A stretch of 62,567 bases of DNA, filler included, from Nemertoderma westbladi (GCA_032718475.1; 4 parts of 4 records of this genome joined end to end with filler, not necessarily neighbours in it), one strand, 5' to 3'. Shown: positions 1 through 13,440, numbered from the whole stretch's first letter. The notes: generated from the letters alone by a model not told the origin. Program-made: numbers and translations.

Positions 1-199
1 ACAGGTGGCACCTCCTTTATGCTGCATGGAGGTGGCAAGTTTTCTTGATCAATGACCTAGAATACCTGACCTGACCTGAATTAAATATACGTACATACAT
101 AGATACATACATACAGTACATACATAATTATGCATTGCATGCATATGTAACAACTGCATGTTTATAGTGAATAAATATTGAATAACTAATAATTCCCAG

Positions 200-496
200 G
201 TCGGTAAACGTGGAACTCTGAACGCCACTAGCGGAGAGGTGACTGTCGTCTACTACAGACAGTGCGGCGGTATCTGTACTGACCATTACGTTGTGCACGA
301 GGGAACTGTTGACGTCACTCGTTGCTATGAGACCTTCGACAAGAACGGAAACGCTATTGGATACGAGTGTTTGGCGTGTTGCCGGGGCGACCAATGTAAT
401 TCATTCGCATTCTCAGGAACAACCCGGACTGTTACGGAAACTAATGGAATTATTCTTTATTTTTTTGTGATGTTGATTTTCAATATTTCGCAGTAA
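200..496 (+). CDS. Terminal exon of a Ly6/uPAR (three-finger) family, probably GPI-anchored, protein
   Basis: Acceptor ...ttcccAG at 198-199 opens an in-frame exon VGKRGTLNATSGEVTVVYYRQCGGIC...ECLACCRGDQCNS. The CCxxxxCN hallmark is followed by a small-residue spacer and a hydrophobic C-terminus (IILYFFVMLIF). Stop at 494-496; AATAAA near 635. Confidence 0.7.
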   Translation, partial: VGKRGTLNATSGEVTVVYYRQCGGICTDHYVVHEGTVDVTRCYETFDKNGNAIGYECLACCRGDQCNSFAFSGTTRTVTETNGIILYFFVMLIFNISQ

Positions 497-1182
497 ACTA
501 TTGTATACTGATATGTGATTTACTATGGCAATAATGTAGCTTTCGTCGGACTGTTATATCTTTATGGATCTAAAAAGATTATTTAATGTGATTTAAATAG
601 TCAACAGAAACAATGGAGTAAATAATAATTAATATAATAAAATATTGTAAATCCCACCATCTTTTTTGTATATTTGACCCGAAACTAGGTTGTCCGTCTC
701 ACATCTCCTGGGACTTATCCAATAAAACTACATCCATAATTGATATCGATAAGTCCAATTCTTATAAAACACCTGTCAGTCAGTGGTCATCGAGAGTCAG
801 GAGGGAAAACCTAAAAATTACATGATTCCAATCTACATAAGCAGATTGAGTAAATCCCGTATGGGCTATTTGAAAGAAATTAATTGTAGAAATTAAATAT
901 ACTGTTTGGTCCTGCTTACTTAATTCTTATTTATTTGCATATTTCAGAATAATTTTTAGAGAATAATAATTTTTAATTTTTTTAATTTGTTCAATTTGAT
1001 AATATCAACGAATTCTAGAATATTATTTATACCATCAATTATATTCATATATCTATAAATTGTAAGTGATAAATTAATATTCTAGGAGTCAATGACATTG
1101 ATGTTGTAATATAATTTATCATTTAATTTATTATATTTTATTTAATTTATTCTAATTATTAATCTATTATTATTACAATTAA

Positions 1183-1688
1183 GACGCGGCTCTACTCCGA
1201 CGCAGTCTGTGCGCGGCGTGGCGACTTCTCGCCATACGTCGCCTCCTGCGACGGAGTGTTGGCCCCCCAAGCGGACAAGCTCCTCAGGACCATTGCCCAG
1301 AAGCTCCACCGGACGTGGGGGAGACCCTACAGCATGGTGATGGGGTGGGTCCGTACCCGGGTCCAGCTGGTTATCGTTCGCGGGGCTTCCCATTGCCTTA
1401 GAGGGTCGCGGACGAAATGGCGTAGCGGGCTCGGGCTGGACGACGGCGCTGGGATGCCAGGTGGCTTTGTGTGACAGGTGGTGTTGGTGCTAATATTTTG
1501 CTAATTCATTAACAAACGTTTTGCTAAAATATTTTGCTGTGTGGTATTGTATGTAATAAATCTATGGTGCATTTATTAGTTTACCTTATTTAAATATTCC
1601 ACTTTAATATAATTTGCCATTTATTATAACTATTTCATGACGAATAAAAATTTAATCTATAATTATTAATGGAATAAATATTAGTTTA
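1183..1688 (+). mobile_element. 5'-truncated CRE-clade (RLE-type) non-LTR retrotransposon 3' end
   Basis: GC-rich island encoding ...GDFSPYVASCDGVLAPQADKLLRTIAQKLHRTWGRPYSMVMGWVRTRVQLVIVRGASHCLRGSRTKWR*, which resembles the C-terminus of CRE-like ORFs. Flanked by the 17-bp direct repeat ATTATTATTACAATTAA (1166-1182 / 1689-1705), a candidate TSD. Confidence 0.65.
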
Positions 1689-1878
1689 ATTATTATTACA
1701 ATTAATAATTTATTCTAATTTAATATAATATAATATAATATATTCTATATTTAATATAATCTAATTATATATATATGGTGTGAAATTTCGGTATATATAT
1801 ATATATATAAAATTGAAAAAGTTTAGTTGAGTTCCAAATTTGAACTGATTTGATTTGATATTCAAATATTGATATTTA

Positions 1879-2100
1879 GGACTGCTTTTGCCGTGAGGAC
1901 CAGCCAGTGCATAATCTTGTGCTTTGGCAGCCTCATGGAGTGAATAAGCATGGTGGACTGGGCAGCCCATGACTTTCTTGAGACGCATCTTAAAGGACAC
2001 TGGCCTTGAAGATGCGGATGATCTAGCAAATGTCATGGGTGATAGGGAGTTGTGGAGGCGCAATTTTGTCGACAAGCCGGCACAGCATTCTTAAAAATGC
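1879..2100 (+). mobile_element. RTE-clade LINE family A, 3' fragment
   Basis: Near-identical to about 59920-60143 (RREDQPVHNLVLWQPHGVNKHGG...DRELWR). Confidence 0.85.
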
Positions 2101-2232
2101 TGTGATATATTATTATATATTAAATATTTTTTGGTGTATAATTATTTATGGCAATATATACCTACGTACTGTACATATGTATTCTTTTCTTTGTATAATA
2201 TATTTATTTTAATACTTCATTATGTTCATGAA

Positions 2233-2758
2233 TGTGAGCGTATTCAATTCCGCCTCACCAACCCCCATAAAGTGGGAAAGAGGGCCTTTAAGCAATATTG
2301 GGAAGCACGAGGTTGATTGCCAATCAACCTCGTACCACCCCCAATAAACGGGGACAACAAACCCAAAAGGGCCTCACACAATAGAGGTTAGAGGTCAAGT
2401 ACCTCAAGGAGAGAGAGTAACAGCAGCGGGGGGGGGGGGGGGGGGGGGGAAACACTCCCACAAAGTTCAGGGCGAGAATTAGGTTACTAGCTAATGGGGG
2501 GACAGCAGGGCATCAGCTGAGTAACACGGCCAAAGGTAGTGTAGTATATTACCAGCCGGTGTTATTCAGTTAGTTAGTTATCTCAGTACAGTCATGGCAG
2601 TACGGTGACAGTTTAAGACCGTCACCGCCGTCACCGATTATATCCTACTTTTACTGGTCAATACTGTGTTATCTGCTATTATAATTACATCGTCACTCAT
2701 CTTTATACATCTATTAAGAATATACTCGAACAGCAATAACAAACTCTTTTCCATCACA
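2233..2758 (+). mobile_element. Putative 5' LTR of LTR element A
   Basis: Starts TGTGA and ends TCACA (inverted termini). Followed by PBS-like (C/T)GGTGCGGCTGACG and an ORF at 2873. Its first ~56 bp recur inverted at 38887-38943, and that match stops exactly at the TG. Confidence 0.55.
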
Positions 2759-2872
2759 CGGTGCGGCTGACGCGTACATAAACAACACCGGTCGGGATTA
2801 TCGGATCCCGTCACAGTCTTAAACTCTAAGAACTGCCTGAGAAACTGTGACTGCCAGCCACCAGAGACAAAG

Positions 2873-4601
2873 ATGAGCCAAGAAGGAGAGACGACACCGC
2901 CGTGGACCCCGGACGACAACCTAACGATCCGCGAGGCCACGGTGAGACGGTATCGACCCACGAGGCCGGATTCATCGATGACGAACGATCCGGCAATCCA
3001 AGCGGAGGGGGGCCGTCTACAACGAGAAGGGAGAGACGAGTCGAGAGAAGGGAGAGACGAGTCGACGCGTGACGGCGATCGACGTACCGATGTCACCGGC
3101 CAGCCACAGGCCGAGGGCGACAGACGGCCCACCGGAACGGCGATGGTGGGGCCGCCGGTACGACGCCGGACACGGAGGGATAGAGGAAACGTCGGCGACG
3201 AGGACGTCGGGGTCGGCGACCGGCTCCGACGAGCCTACAACGCGACCCGGAAGCAACTAAAGGAAGCCAAAGGAGGGGCCAAGATAGACCAGGTGAAGCT
3301 AGAGAAGCGGCTAGGTCAGTCGAATAAACATTTTGATTGCTTAGTGCGCTTTGGGCAGGGAGAACTAGCCGATGAGAGAGCGAGAGGGGTTGCCAGCAAA
3401 CTGTTTGAACTGTGGGGATGTAGGGGTATGGAGCCTAGTGTAGTGTACATAGGGCCATACTTAGTTGATGCCAGGGGAGTTAAGTTAATGGGTTGGGCGG
3501 GACTGCACGAGGGTGAATCCGAGGTTAACTCCGAGGATTCGGTCCCGTCGGTCAGCGAGAACCCCGGAAAGCGGGGGAAAGTTAGTAGGACGGAGGGGCG
3601 ACGGGAGTCCGTCGCAACCGATAAGTCTGCCACATCCTCCGCAAAAGAAAGAAGGGTGTTAGAAATAAATCTGGCGTGTCAACAAGTTAGGTGAACCGCG
3701 GCACCTGACGACGGAGAGTAGTGGTAGAAGAGTCGTTGCTAGGAGCAACCGGAGAGCGAGGACGGATAGCGAGCCATCGGTAGTAGAGATGGAGTTAGGG
3801 AGTCAGTTGGGTCGAACTCCGGGAGATTGCCGTCGCCCCGGAGAAACGCACCGCACGCCAGGAGAGCGGTACAGAGTGTACCGATACGAAGGCGAGAATA
3901 GAAGAGGGGACCGAAGAGAAACTTCCCGACGGGATATAGCTGCCGACCGAGAGTACGGTAGTCGCGGGGAGATTCGAGATTCGAGAGAATTAAACTTCGG
4001 TTCGGAAGGGCACATGCAGACTGCAGGACATACTGTAGGCCTTACTGCACATACTATTATAGGCCATGCTGGGAGAGATAGTGTAGGCAATAGGGTAGCG
4101 CGAACGACGGGATTAAACCCGGAGGTCGCGGAGTACGTACCGGTAGGTAGGCCAGAAGTGGATAGGCCTGCATCGGTACCGGCACAGCAGCATGACTATA
4201 ATATCCAGGGACACAACATATACCTGGTTGAGGGGGATATTGCAGATATGCAATATAAACAACCAAGAACATATTATAGGAGCAAGAGAACACAAAGGAA
4301 TCGAACATTAAGGACCACAAGAACAAATATATGCAAATACCCGGTTGAGGGGGATATTGCAGATAGGCAATATAAACAACCAAGAACAAATATATGCAAA
4401 TACCCGGTTGAGGGGGATATTGCAGATAGGCAATATAAACAACCAAGAACAAATATATGCAAATACCCGGTTGAGGGGGATATTGCAGATAGATGGATGG
4501 GCCCCAATATATTAACATCAGCCCCAGTACCAAACATAACACCGGTGGGGGGGGGGGGGGGGCAGGGTGACATTCCCCCATTACGAATATCTGCAGTATA
4601 G
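2873..4601 (+). pseudogene. Degenerate gag-like region of LTR element A (ORFs 2873-3694 and 3789-4601), no pol
   Basis: Lies directly after the LTR/PBS. Low-complexity R/E/G-rich protein with a SATSSAKERR..E..LA segment and GLNPEVAEYVP, reminiscent of BEL gag N-termini. No zinc knuckle, PR, RT or IN motifs found. Confidence 0.35.
4318..4492 (+). repeat. 63-bp tandem repeat (~2.8 copies, plus a partial copy at ~4223-4270)
   Basis: The unit translates as RTNICKYPVEGDIADRQYKQP; copies are near-identical. Confidence 0.9.
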
Positions 4602-4794
4602 ACAACCAAGAACAAGTAGGGAGAGCAAGTAGGGAGAACAAGTAGGGTGAGCTAGAGGAGAAATATGGGAGAGATGAGAAGGGTACAGGGGGTGCGTTGA
4701 ACTAAGTAGGGCACGGGCATGATGACATGTTTAATGTAAGAGCAGGGTATGTTAATTAGGGTGGGTGCCGGGCACGAGAGGTGCCGTGCACAAG

Positions 4795-5490
4795 AGGTGG
4801 TAGCAGAGTTAGAGGTAGTAGAGGTAGTAGTAGAGTGGTTGTGGGCACCGCAAGCGCCACGTAGATAGAGGTAGTAGAGTTAGTAGGAGTTAGCAGAGTA
4901 GAGGTAGTAGTAGAGTGGTTGTGGGCACCGCAAGCGCCACGTAGATGGAGGTAGTTGGGTTAGTAAGAGTTAGTAGTAGTTCACATAATTAACATACCCA
5001 CTTTGCCGGCACTCAGAGCGTCACGTGCAGGTGAGGAGACGTAGAGGAGATAAGATGTAGATAGAGTAGAGGGAGTAGATGTAGAGGAAGTAGATAGTGG
5101 CGGGAGAGATGCTTGATGAAGGGGTGGCCTATAAGTTATTGAGTGGTCCAGTGGGTTGGACGGAAAGGGTACGGATGTGCCGAGGTGTACGCATAGGTGT
5201 AGGAGTACATCGTATGGAGTATGAGAAGTATGAGCACCTAGGTGCAGGAGTACGTTGTATGAAGTACGGGAAGTATGAGCACCTTTGATGGCACTGAGCG
5301 CGCCACGTATGGAATTGAGGGGAGCATGTATACATAGCCATAGTTGAGGATACCAGGTAGAGTAGTAGAGAGGGCACATAGGGTGCCAGGAGGTGAGATA
5401 GAGAGTTAGAAGTAGTAGAGTGGTTGTGGGCACTGCAAGTGCCACGTAGATAGAGGTGGTAGCAGAGTTAGAGGTAGTGGAGTAGTAGAG
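4795..5490 (+). repeat. Purine-rich region with three copies of GTAGTAGAGTGGTTGTGGGCAC(C/T)GCAAG(C/T)GCCACGTAGAT
   Basis: Copies at ~4826, ~4907 and ~5412, embedded in (GTA/GAG)n-like sequence. Confidence 0.75.
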
Positions 5491-6432
5491 AGGGCACAAA
5501 GTGAGGGGGGGGGGGTATGTATGCATGCTATTGCCAAGGAGTATGGAAAGAGAGCTAGTTAGCAGAGTTAGTAGAACTAGTGGAGTCAGTAGAGTTAGCA
5601 GTAAGAGAGTAGAGACCGTAGAAGTAGTAGCTAGAAAGGGCAGATAGGATAATAGCGCAGGCAGGGGGAACATGGGTAAGACAAAATTAAAAATAAAAGT
5701 TAAGAATATCAGGATCACCTCCAAACTACATAAGGGCCTTCGAAGGTCTGGTAGACCACCCGGGGCTGGAGGGCGAGTCGGTGTAATACAACAACCGGCA
5801 TCTACTAGACAGGGAGGTGGATACACATATCAGAGGTGGGAGAAGCCGGAAGCGGATAGACTTGAGGGGAAGCGACTGGAAGAAGTCGCCAGGCGAGGAA
5901 GGCGGAGAGAGAGTAGTGAGTAGTAGGAATGAAACGCGTTATGTAGACGAGCTTATAATATAATATATATAATAACAATAATTATAATCTTATAATAATT
6001 ATATAATAATTCGTATATATATTATACAGTATGTACCGTAGTCAAGCACAACCTTTTTCCAATTAGCTACTGGGACTGGGGACTAATTGACTAGGGCGAC
6101 AGGACGGGACTTAGACGGCTCCCAGTAACATGTGCGCACATGCGTGGGACCCGATAAGTGCGTGGTCATTAAACAACAGGGCGGAGTTCAGGATTTATTG
6201 TGAAAGCTCGTATCCTGCGGGATAAGAATCGTGCAGATGGGTACTTCCGGGATACGAGTAGGAGGGGCACTTGGTGGGACCACAGGTGTGGAGAGTGAGG
6301 AGTATGAGAGGAGTATGAGAGGAGAGCGCAAGAGAGATAGCGAGAGGTGGTAGAGAACGCGCTACTGCCTCACCTACCGGTACAATTATTTTACAAACTG
6401 CAAGTGGTAGGCCTATATCTCAGACCCATACA

Positions 6433-9400
6433 ATGCCATATCAATCTAGAGAAGTAGGCCATCTACCAGTTGAAGTAATTCAATCTTCAGACACCACAGC
6501 TCCCCCAACACGCAAAGAAGCATACACAGATGTTATGGTGACTTATCCTTCTACTCAACATAATACTAGAACCTCGGATGCATCTAAGGAAGTTAGTTTC
6601 CATCAAGACACTATTAATGAAACGAACCCAGAAAGCAAACTACCAATGGAACCTTTCCCAGAATCCATAACGCAGTGGAGTTGGGATCAACTAGAAAGTT
6701 TAGGTATTCCTGTGCATAAAGCCAAAGGTCGACCCAAATATTTAGGGAACTCATTTCGAGGACACCTAGCAAACTACACCCGTCGTTGCAATGATAGACT
6801 TGCTCAGTCGGAGCAAGCCGAAATGACCTATGGTGAAATTCAGCAATATCTTGAGGTTGTTGAAACAGATTTCAAGTTAATAACTTTATATATTAAAGGA
6901 TTCTACGAAGTTGCCTTTCGGTTTGGGCATGAAAACCTTCAAACTCGAGCAGATGAGGCCTTACAAAGGGTTGAACATCAATCTAATAATTTACATTGTG
7001 TATTACATCGGCGAATGAGAGAAATAGTCCCCCTTGGTTCCGCTACTATTGGACATCAACCTTCTAAACCAGATAGCGATAGTAACCATATTCAAGCCAT
7101 TGAAAATTATGGTTTGGATGTTTCGGAACAATCAATTTCACTGAGTCAACAAATCAGACAATCTCCAGGATATGATCCACTTCGTTTAATTCAGGACTTA
7201 AATACAGCAGATGAGCAAGCAAAAACAGCTGAAATTGAGGGAGAATTGGAAATGCCTTTGCGACGGTTGATAGAAACCAAAAGGTTGAAGGCAGATGTAG
7301 AACGACGCCAAAAGGAAGCTGACGCGAAGAAGGCAGCAGCACTAGCTGAAAGTGAACAGCAAATACAGGAAATTGAACTAGCTGGCCAACTATTGGAATT
7401 GCAGCGCAAACAACAATTGGAAGCTGAGCGTACTGAATTAGTGCGACATGGTATAGTAAAAAAAATGGGAGTTTTTAGTGATTGTAATAGTGATAATTCT
7501 AGTATTACTACTTGTAGCATTAATAGTAAATCTAGTTTAAAACAACTTGTTAGGAAACCTAGAAAGCGGTCAGCAATAAATAAATTACATGTAAACTCTT
7601 CCCCTATTCCGGAAATGCCGAATTTGCCTGGTGAGGCAATTACTGTATATACTCCAGCAGATACTATTTCAACTTCTATCAAACCAAACCAAACCAAATC
7701 CTTCCAAACCTACAGCACATGTAGTTTCTGAGAGAACAACCTCTTGTCCAGAACAAGTTATTGCCCAACCTACTATATTTGTGTCCCCAACTGTATCTTT
7801 ACATTCTATCTCTGTAATTCCTACAGTGAATACAGCACCTGATATAGTATCAGATAATCCCGAACCTGCAAGTTATATTCCTAGATTTACAACAGCTGGG
7901 AATCCTCCAAAACTAAATCTATGTAGTAAGAAAACCTCTGTACCAGTTCCTGTTTCTCAGAATAGTGAGGAGGAGGATCCCCACCCTATGGTCAGATCTA
8001 AGAGTAGTTATACATCAAATCTGTATGCATATAATATCACTGACCCATTACTGTCCAGTCATCCGGGAATTATGCAACCATTGTCCAGTACAGTAATACC
8101 TACAGTATCAAAATCTGATTGTAAGGTTACATTTAATGAGTCGAGATACTCCCCCATAAGGGTTGATAATATGCATGGAAACTACACAATGTCAGTGATG
8201 GACCCTAATGTTAATGCATTCATTCCGTCTGAAAATGTGGCCTCTGCTGCGAAATTTGAGCAACAAATGCAAGCAAAATTATCAGCGTTGGATAAAGTGA
8301 TTACCCGGATGCAGCAGCTGAAGTATGATGAGAAGGATACCATGAGAGAGCTACGAAGAGAGCTGAATAACATACAACGAAACAAAGATCATGGCGGAAG
8401 GGAGATCCAACGCCTGGATAAGGTAATCCGTGATAGACTTAACCAAGTTGACGAAATAGAACAAGAAATGGTTTTACGAAGAGATTTGTTAAATGCAATT
8501 CCAGTAAAAAATCAGTTGAAGTCAAATTCAACAAGCACTACAGTACTGCCATGTGTATCGAATGCCAAACATTTCGATTCAGTGTTTCAACCTCTTAGTC
8601 AGGGACAACAGTCTATGAATATTTCAAACCCTGAACCTGCTCATAACACCAATAAAGGCAAATTTCATGATGAACCATTGAATGCGCCTGACCCTCCAGT
8701 ATATCCACGGCTGTTGGTTCGTTCAGATATACCCACAAATTTACCGGATTCAACAATATTTAATTGTTCGACAAATGGCTAGATCAGATGCAAGACAGGC
8801 AATGACCACTGGATCAGTAGATAAGTTTAATGGCCAGATATTGAGTTGGTTGCCTTTTAAAAATCACTTTGAATCCTGCATTGAACCACTACCCTTACTT
8901 GAAAATGAAAAGCTCAAATTTCTTCTAGATTGTTTAGAAGGTGCCCCACGAGATTTAGTAGAGGGATATCGAGGAATTCCAAATGGATTTGAATCAGCCT
9001 GGAATGATCTTAAAAAGAGGTATGGTGATGAAAATTACTTAACATATAAGATATATGAAAAACTCACATAAAAAAGATCAATCACCATTGATGGTTTAGT
9101 ACCTTATGCTGATGAGTTGAACACCATTCGCCGGCAATTAACCACCTTGGGAAGGCCAGAAGTATGTGATAACAATCCATTATTGGTTCGTACTTTGTCA
9201 GTATCTTTACCTGCAGGCCCTGGTGATTGTTGGGATAAGCAAGTATTTCGTCTGTTAAATTTGCACAAAAGGGAACCAACCATGGAAGAATATCTAGAAT
9301 TCCTGCAAAGGGAATCCCAAATTGCACTAATTCGGAAACAACGATTGTCTGGTGATTCTATGGTAGCAGAAATTCCCAAAAGGAGATTCAGTCGCATCTA

Positions 9401-12400
9401 TCGTACTACAGACTGTGATGATATAAATGAGGAGGAAGATGAAGAGACAGTGGCCCGAATTCAGCTGGCTCAAGGAAAGACCAAATATTCCCCTGCCAAT
9501 AAGAAATCTCAAGTTAAAATGGACAAAATTCCAGCAGCATTAAAACCTCAGCTAACTACAGTATTTAATACCTTTATCAATTCCAAGGGAGTTGAAAAAT
9601 CGAGGACATTGATCTCCTGTAACCGGTGCAATAGCCTGGAACATAGGATAGGAGCCTGCAAAGTTTTTCTAAAGCACACACCTCAGCAATGTAGAAAATT
9701 TGTCCAAGAAGCTCATTTATGTTTCAATTGTTTGAGAAAGAACCACTCATGGAAGGATTGCAAGTCTATAGGATCATGTTGTAAATGTAAATATAAGCAT
9801 CACACATTATTGCACATGGGAGAGGAACCTGAATCAGCAAATTTAAAGGCACATCAGATTGATGTCACTGAGACTGATGACAATGACTCTAGTTGTTATT
9901 CAGATAAGTTTGATGATGGGGAATTCTCTGATCTAGAGGAGGCTGAGTGTTCAAATCGGTATGTTCACCAAGCATTGACATATGAAGATAATGTACCAGT
10001 ACAGTCAAAAGATAAATATGATACCATGAAAGAATTTCAGATACTTCCAATTCGTATCCGAGGAATCAATAAAGACATTACAGTATATGCAATGTTAGAT
10101 AGTGGGTGCTCAGCTACTTTTATTGACCAGTCCTTAGCCGCAACATTGTTCCCAAAAGCTTTCTAAGATGAATTTCTCTGGTCTTCAGCAAAGCAACAAC
10201 TATGAAGGAGTACCTGACAATCCCAAGAGCTGAACTGCAAGCTGCAGTATATGGAACCATTATCAGCGAAAACATCTGTCGACATTCTGACTACGACTTG
10301 ACCCAATTCTACTGGACTGATGCCATTCTTGTCTTATAATATTTGAACAACGACACTTGCCGGTTCTCAGTATTTGTGAGTAATCGTAAATCGAAGATCC
10401 TTAGTGTATCCAAACCGAGTCAATGGAAGTATTGTCCTGGTGCAAAGAACCCAGCTGACATCGCATCTCGGGGTGCCACTCCAACCGAACTGAAAGAAAC
10501 CAAGATTTGGTTTAAAGGCCCTGAATTTTTATATCTGCCAATGTCAGAGTGGCCACCACAATTAACCCCACAGGAGATAAGGGAAGCCAAGGGTGCCGAA
10601 TTTGCAAAGACAAAGTCTATCAAACATAAATCAAAGTTATTTCGTAAGCCTGATACCTTTGGTACCGAAATACATCAATCAGATATGATAACCGCTGCAG
10701 AAAGTTCGCCAGCAGCCACTGTGCTATGTTCTCCTTCCAGTAATAAAACAAACCTATGTGTTGGCAAAGATGATATGTTGCAGTCATTACGAGTTCCACC
10801 TCATGAACCTTCAGGCGAATCTGCTGTTGGTGTCCTTTCATCTAAGTCTAAAACAAATGAGAACAGTCTAAATGGAGTGCCAGATATAAGTTTGGGGGTA
10901 TTGCCAAAATTGCAACAACTATTTGACCGACACTCATCTTGGAATAGTCTTTGCCAGGCTGTGTGCTACATAAAGGCCTTAACGCACTGGAGAGGAGATC
11001 CTGCAAGAAACAAGAGAGGTCGCTTGACACTAGATGAGATTGATTTGACAAGTAAACAATTATTGCGAATGTCCCAAAGACTTACTGACTCAGACAAATA
11101 TAATAGATTGTTGGAGAAACCTGGTAGTCATCTGGATGATAAGTACACTTGTGTGATTGTGGACAACTTAATCAGAGTAGGTGGTCGCCTAACATTGGCA
11201 CCAGTTTCTATTGACACTTGCTTCCCTATTATCATAAGGGACCGTGCCATTCAGATTAAGTTGATCAATGACTGTCACCAGAGACTATATCACGCTGGAC
11301 GTGAGCATATCCTTAGCGAGCTAAGGACTAGGTATTATTTAGTACACCCCAGAGAAGCCCTAAATACAGTTCTACAATCATGCATTCCTTGTAGAAAACG
11401 CCATAGTAAACCACTGACACAGTTAGAGGCTGATTTGCTAGTCGAGAGACTAGGATGCTATCTTCCACCTTTCACATATACAGGTATGGACCTGTTTGGT
11501 CCCATTGAAGTACGACGAGTACGTACTATGATAAAGAGATGGGGAGTCATCTACATATGCCTCACTTGCCGCGCCATTAGCCTAGACATGGTTAACAACT
11601 TAAGTATGGCTAGCCTCTTGCTTTGCCTAAGGAGGCAGATGGCTCGATATGGTACGGCCGGGATCTATAGGAGTGATCAAGGGACTAATTTTGTTGGAGT
11701 TTCACAGGAAATTAAGGGACAAGTTACCCAGTGGAATCAGCAGCAGGTGGAAGAATGTCTGCAAGTATTTGGGACAGAATTCAAATTCAACCCACCTAAT
11801 GGCCCTTGGTATGGAGGATCATGGGAGCGGCTTATACGTAGTATAAAGCAAGCCTTCTTTGACACCCTACCGGCCAAAGCATACCTTACAGATGAACTTC
11901 TAAGAACTCTTTTACTAGAAGTGGAAAGTGTCATCAACAGTCGACCTTTGATGTCATTAAAAGCTGATCCACACTGTTGCGAGGCTATAACACCAGCACA
12001 TTTTTTAATGCGCCGACCTGCAGTGATAGATGCTCTTTATCAGAGCCTCATGACAATGATCAATTCAGCAGTCAAACGTGGCAACTGATACAGTTGTTGT
12101 CACAACGTTTTCAGACATACTTTTTAAAGTATTACCTACCATTGATAAGTTTGCGAACAAAATGGTTCTCAGAAACAAGGAACTTGAAAGAGGGTGATTT
12201 GTATTGGTAGTAGAGGAACACACTCCACGGAAAAAGTGGATTACAGCTAGAGTAACGAAAGTTCATGGAGTAGAAGATGGTCTCGTTCGATCAGTGGATA
12301 TACGTACCAGTAAGAAACAGAACTTACACCGAGCCATACATCGGTTATGCCTTCTTGAATTCGATCGTGAACGTTCAGGAAATTATGGGCAACAAGCTGT

Positions 12401-12431
12401 TCAGCCCGATTACCTGCGCCATAACTTGTAA
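6433..12431 (+). pseudogene. BEL/Pao gag-pol polyprotein, frameshifted and interrupted by stops
   Basis: DUF1759-like VDKFNGQILSWLPFKNHF..EKLKFLLDCLEG..AWNDLKKRYG; three Cys/His knuckles (CNRCNSLEHRIGAC, CFNCLRKNHSWKDC, CCKCKYKHHTLLH); protease AMLDSGC; Pao RNase H TIPRAELQAA..YWTD..NPADIASRG..WFKGPEFL; integrase H..H..CIPC, GMDLFGP, SDQGTNF, GGSWERLIRSIK; DUF5641-like tail (KW..LKEGDL..DGLVRSVDI..RAIHRLCLL). Confidence 0.95.
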
Positions 12432-13274
12432 TTGTATTATGTACACATACCGGCGCACCTATGTACCTATAATATATGTAAAATCTATGTACCTGTAATA
12501 ATACGAACTAAATTTGTGGGATACTGTACTTAAATAATGTCACTAGTCATTTTACTCTTTAAAAATTTACAACCAAAATGTTCCATAATTAATGTATTAA
12601 TTACTCGTAGGATGTTTTGGGAGTCGGATTCATGAAAATATATATATCTAAGACTTCCTTTTGGGAGACTTCATAGATATATCCCATTTCAAAATTGTAG
12701 TAATTGAGCTAAGCCCAGATCTGAGCGAATGGTACAGTACGCTAATAACATTCTAGTTCTCAGAATCTTGGTTTGTTTTATATTTTTGGACGAAATTTTT
12801 CATTAAAGGTGGCATTGAATTACATAAGTTTTTAAAGTAAAGTTTATTTTGGCACTCTTGCTGTCGAAATCTTACTTAACCAATATTCTGAGAACAAAAT
12901 TATGTAACAAAAATGATATTCCGTATGTGAAAGTATGAAGCACGATTGTGGTATGATAAATGATGCTACAAATTGCTAACCCTACGAATGATACTGTAGC
13001 TCACTCCGGATCTTAGGCTGTGATTATTAGCACTAGGAGGGGTGCTAGGACCTGGTGAACGCTGTGTTTCACTTGTAATTATAATTTAAACGAACTCCGA
13101 AAGTATTTCAGTTGCAGATCTAATTCCACGAAGGACGATATTTAGCAGCACTGATTCAATTCACTGATATTAGTTGTGGTATGATGAACGGGTGTCTCTG
13201 GAAGTCACATAGTGGCGGGAAATTTAAATCGGAGATCTGGTGAACTGAGTTGACATTATCGGATGTTCCTGAGT

Positions 13275-13440
13275 CCCTGATTGGCTGGATGGGATACACT
13301 ATATTGGGCGAATGCGATTGACTCTGTAATTGGCTGGATAAGACTCCGCTGGTGGAATGGGATTGATTACTTGATTGATTGGCTGGATAGGACTTCTTAA
13401 TTGGCTGAACACGATGGACTCTCTAATTGGTTGGATTCCA
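13275..13440. repeat. Degenerate short repeats with ATTGG(C/T)TG(G/A) cores in the BEL 3' region
   Basis: Five CTGATTGGCTGGAT-like units at irregular spacing. Confidence 0.55.

Noticed and set aside
4981-5826. 281-aa minus-strand ORF as a membrane protein
   Set aside because: Its L/T/S/P richness follows from the purine-skewed repeats on the plus strand; no domain motifs.
12706-13020. MITE inside the BEL 3' region
   Set aside because: The inverted match is short and degenerate, with no clear TSD.
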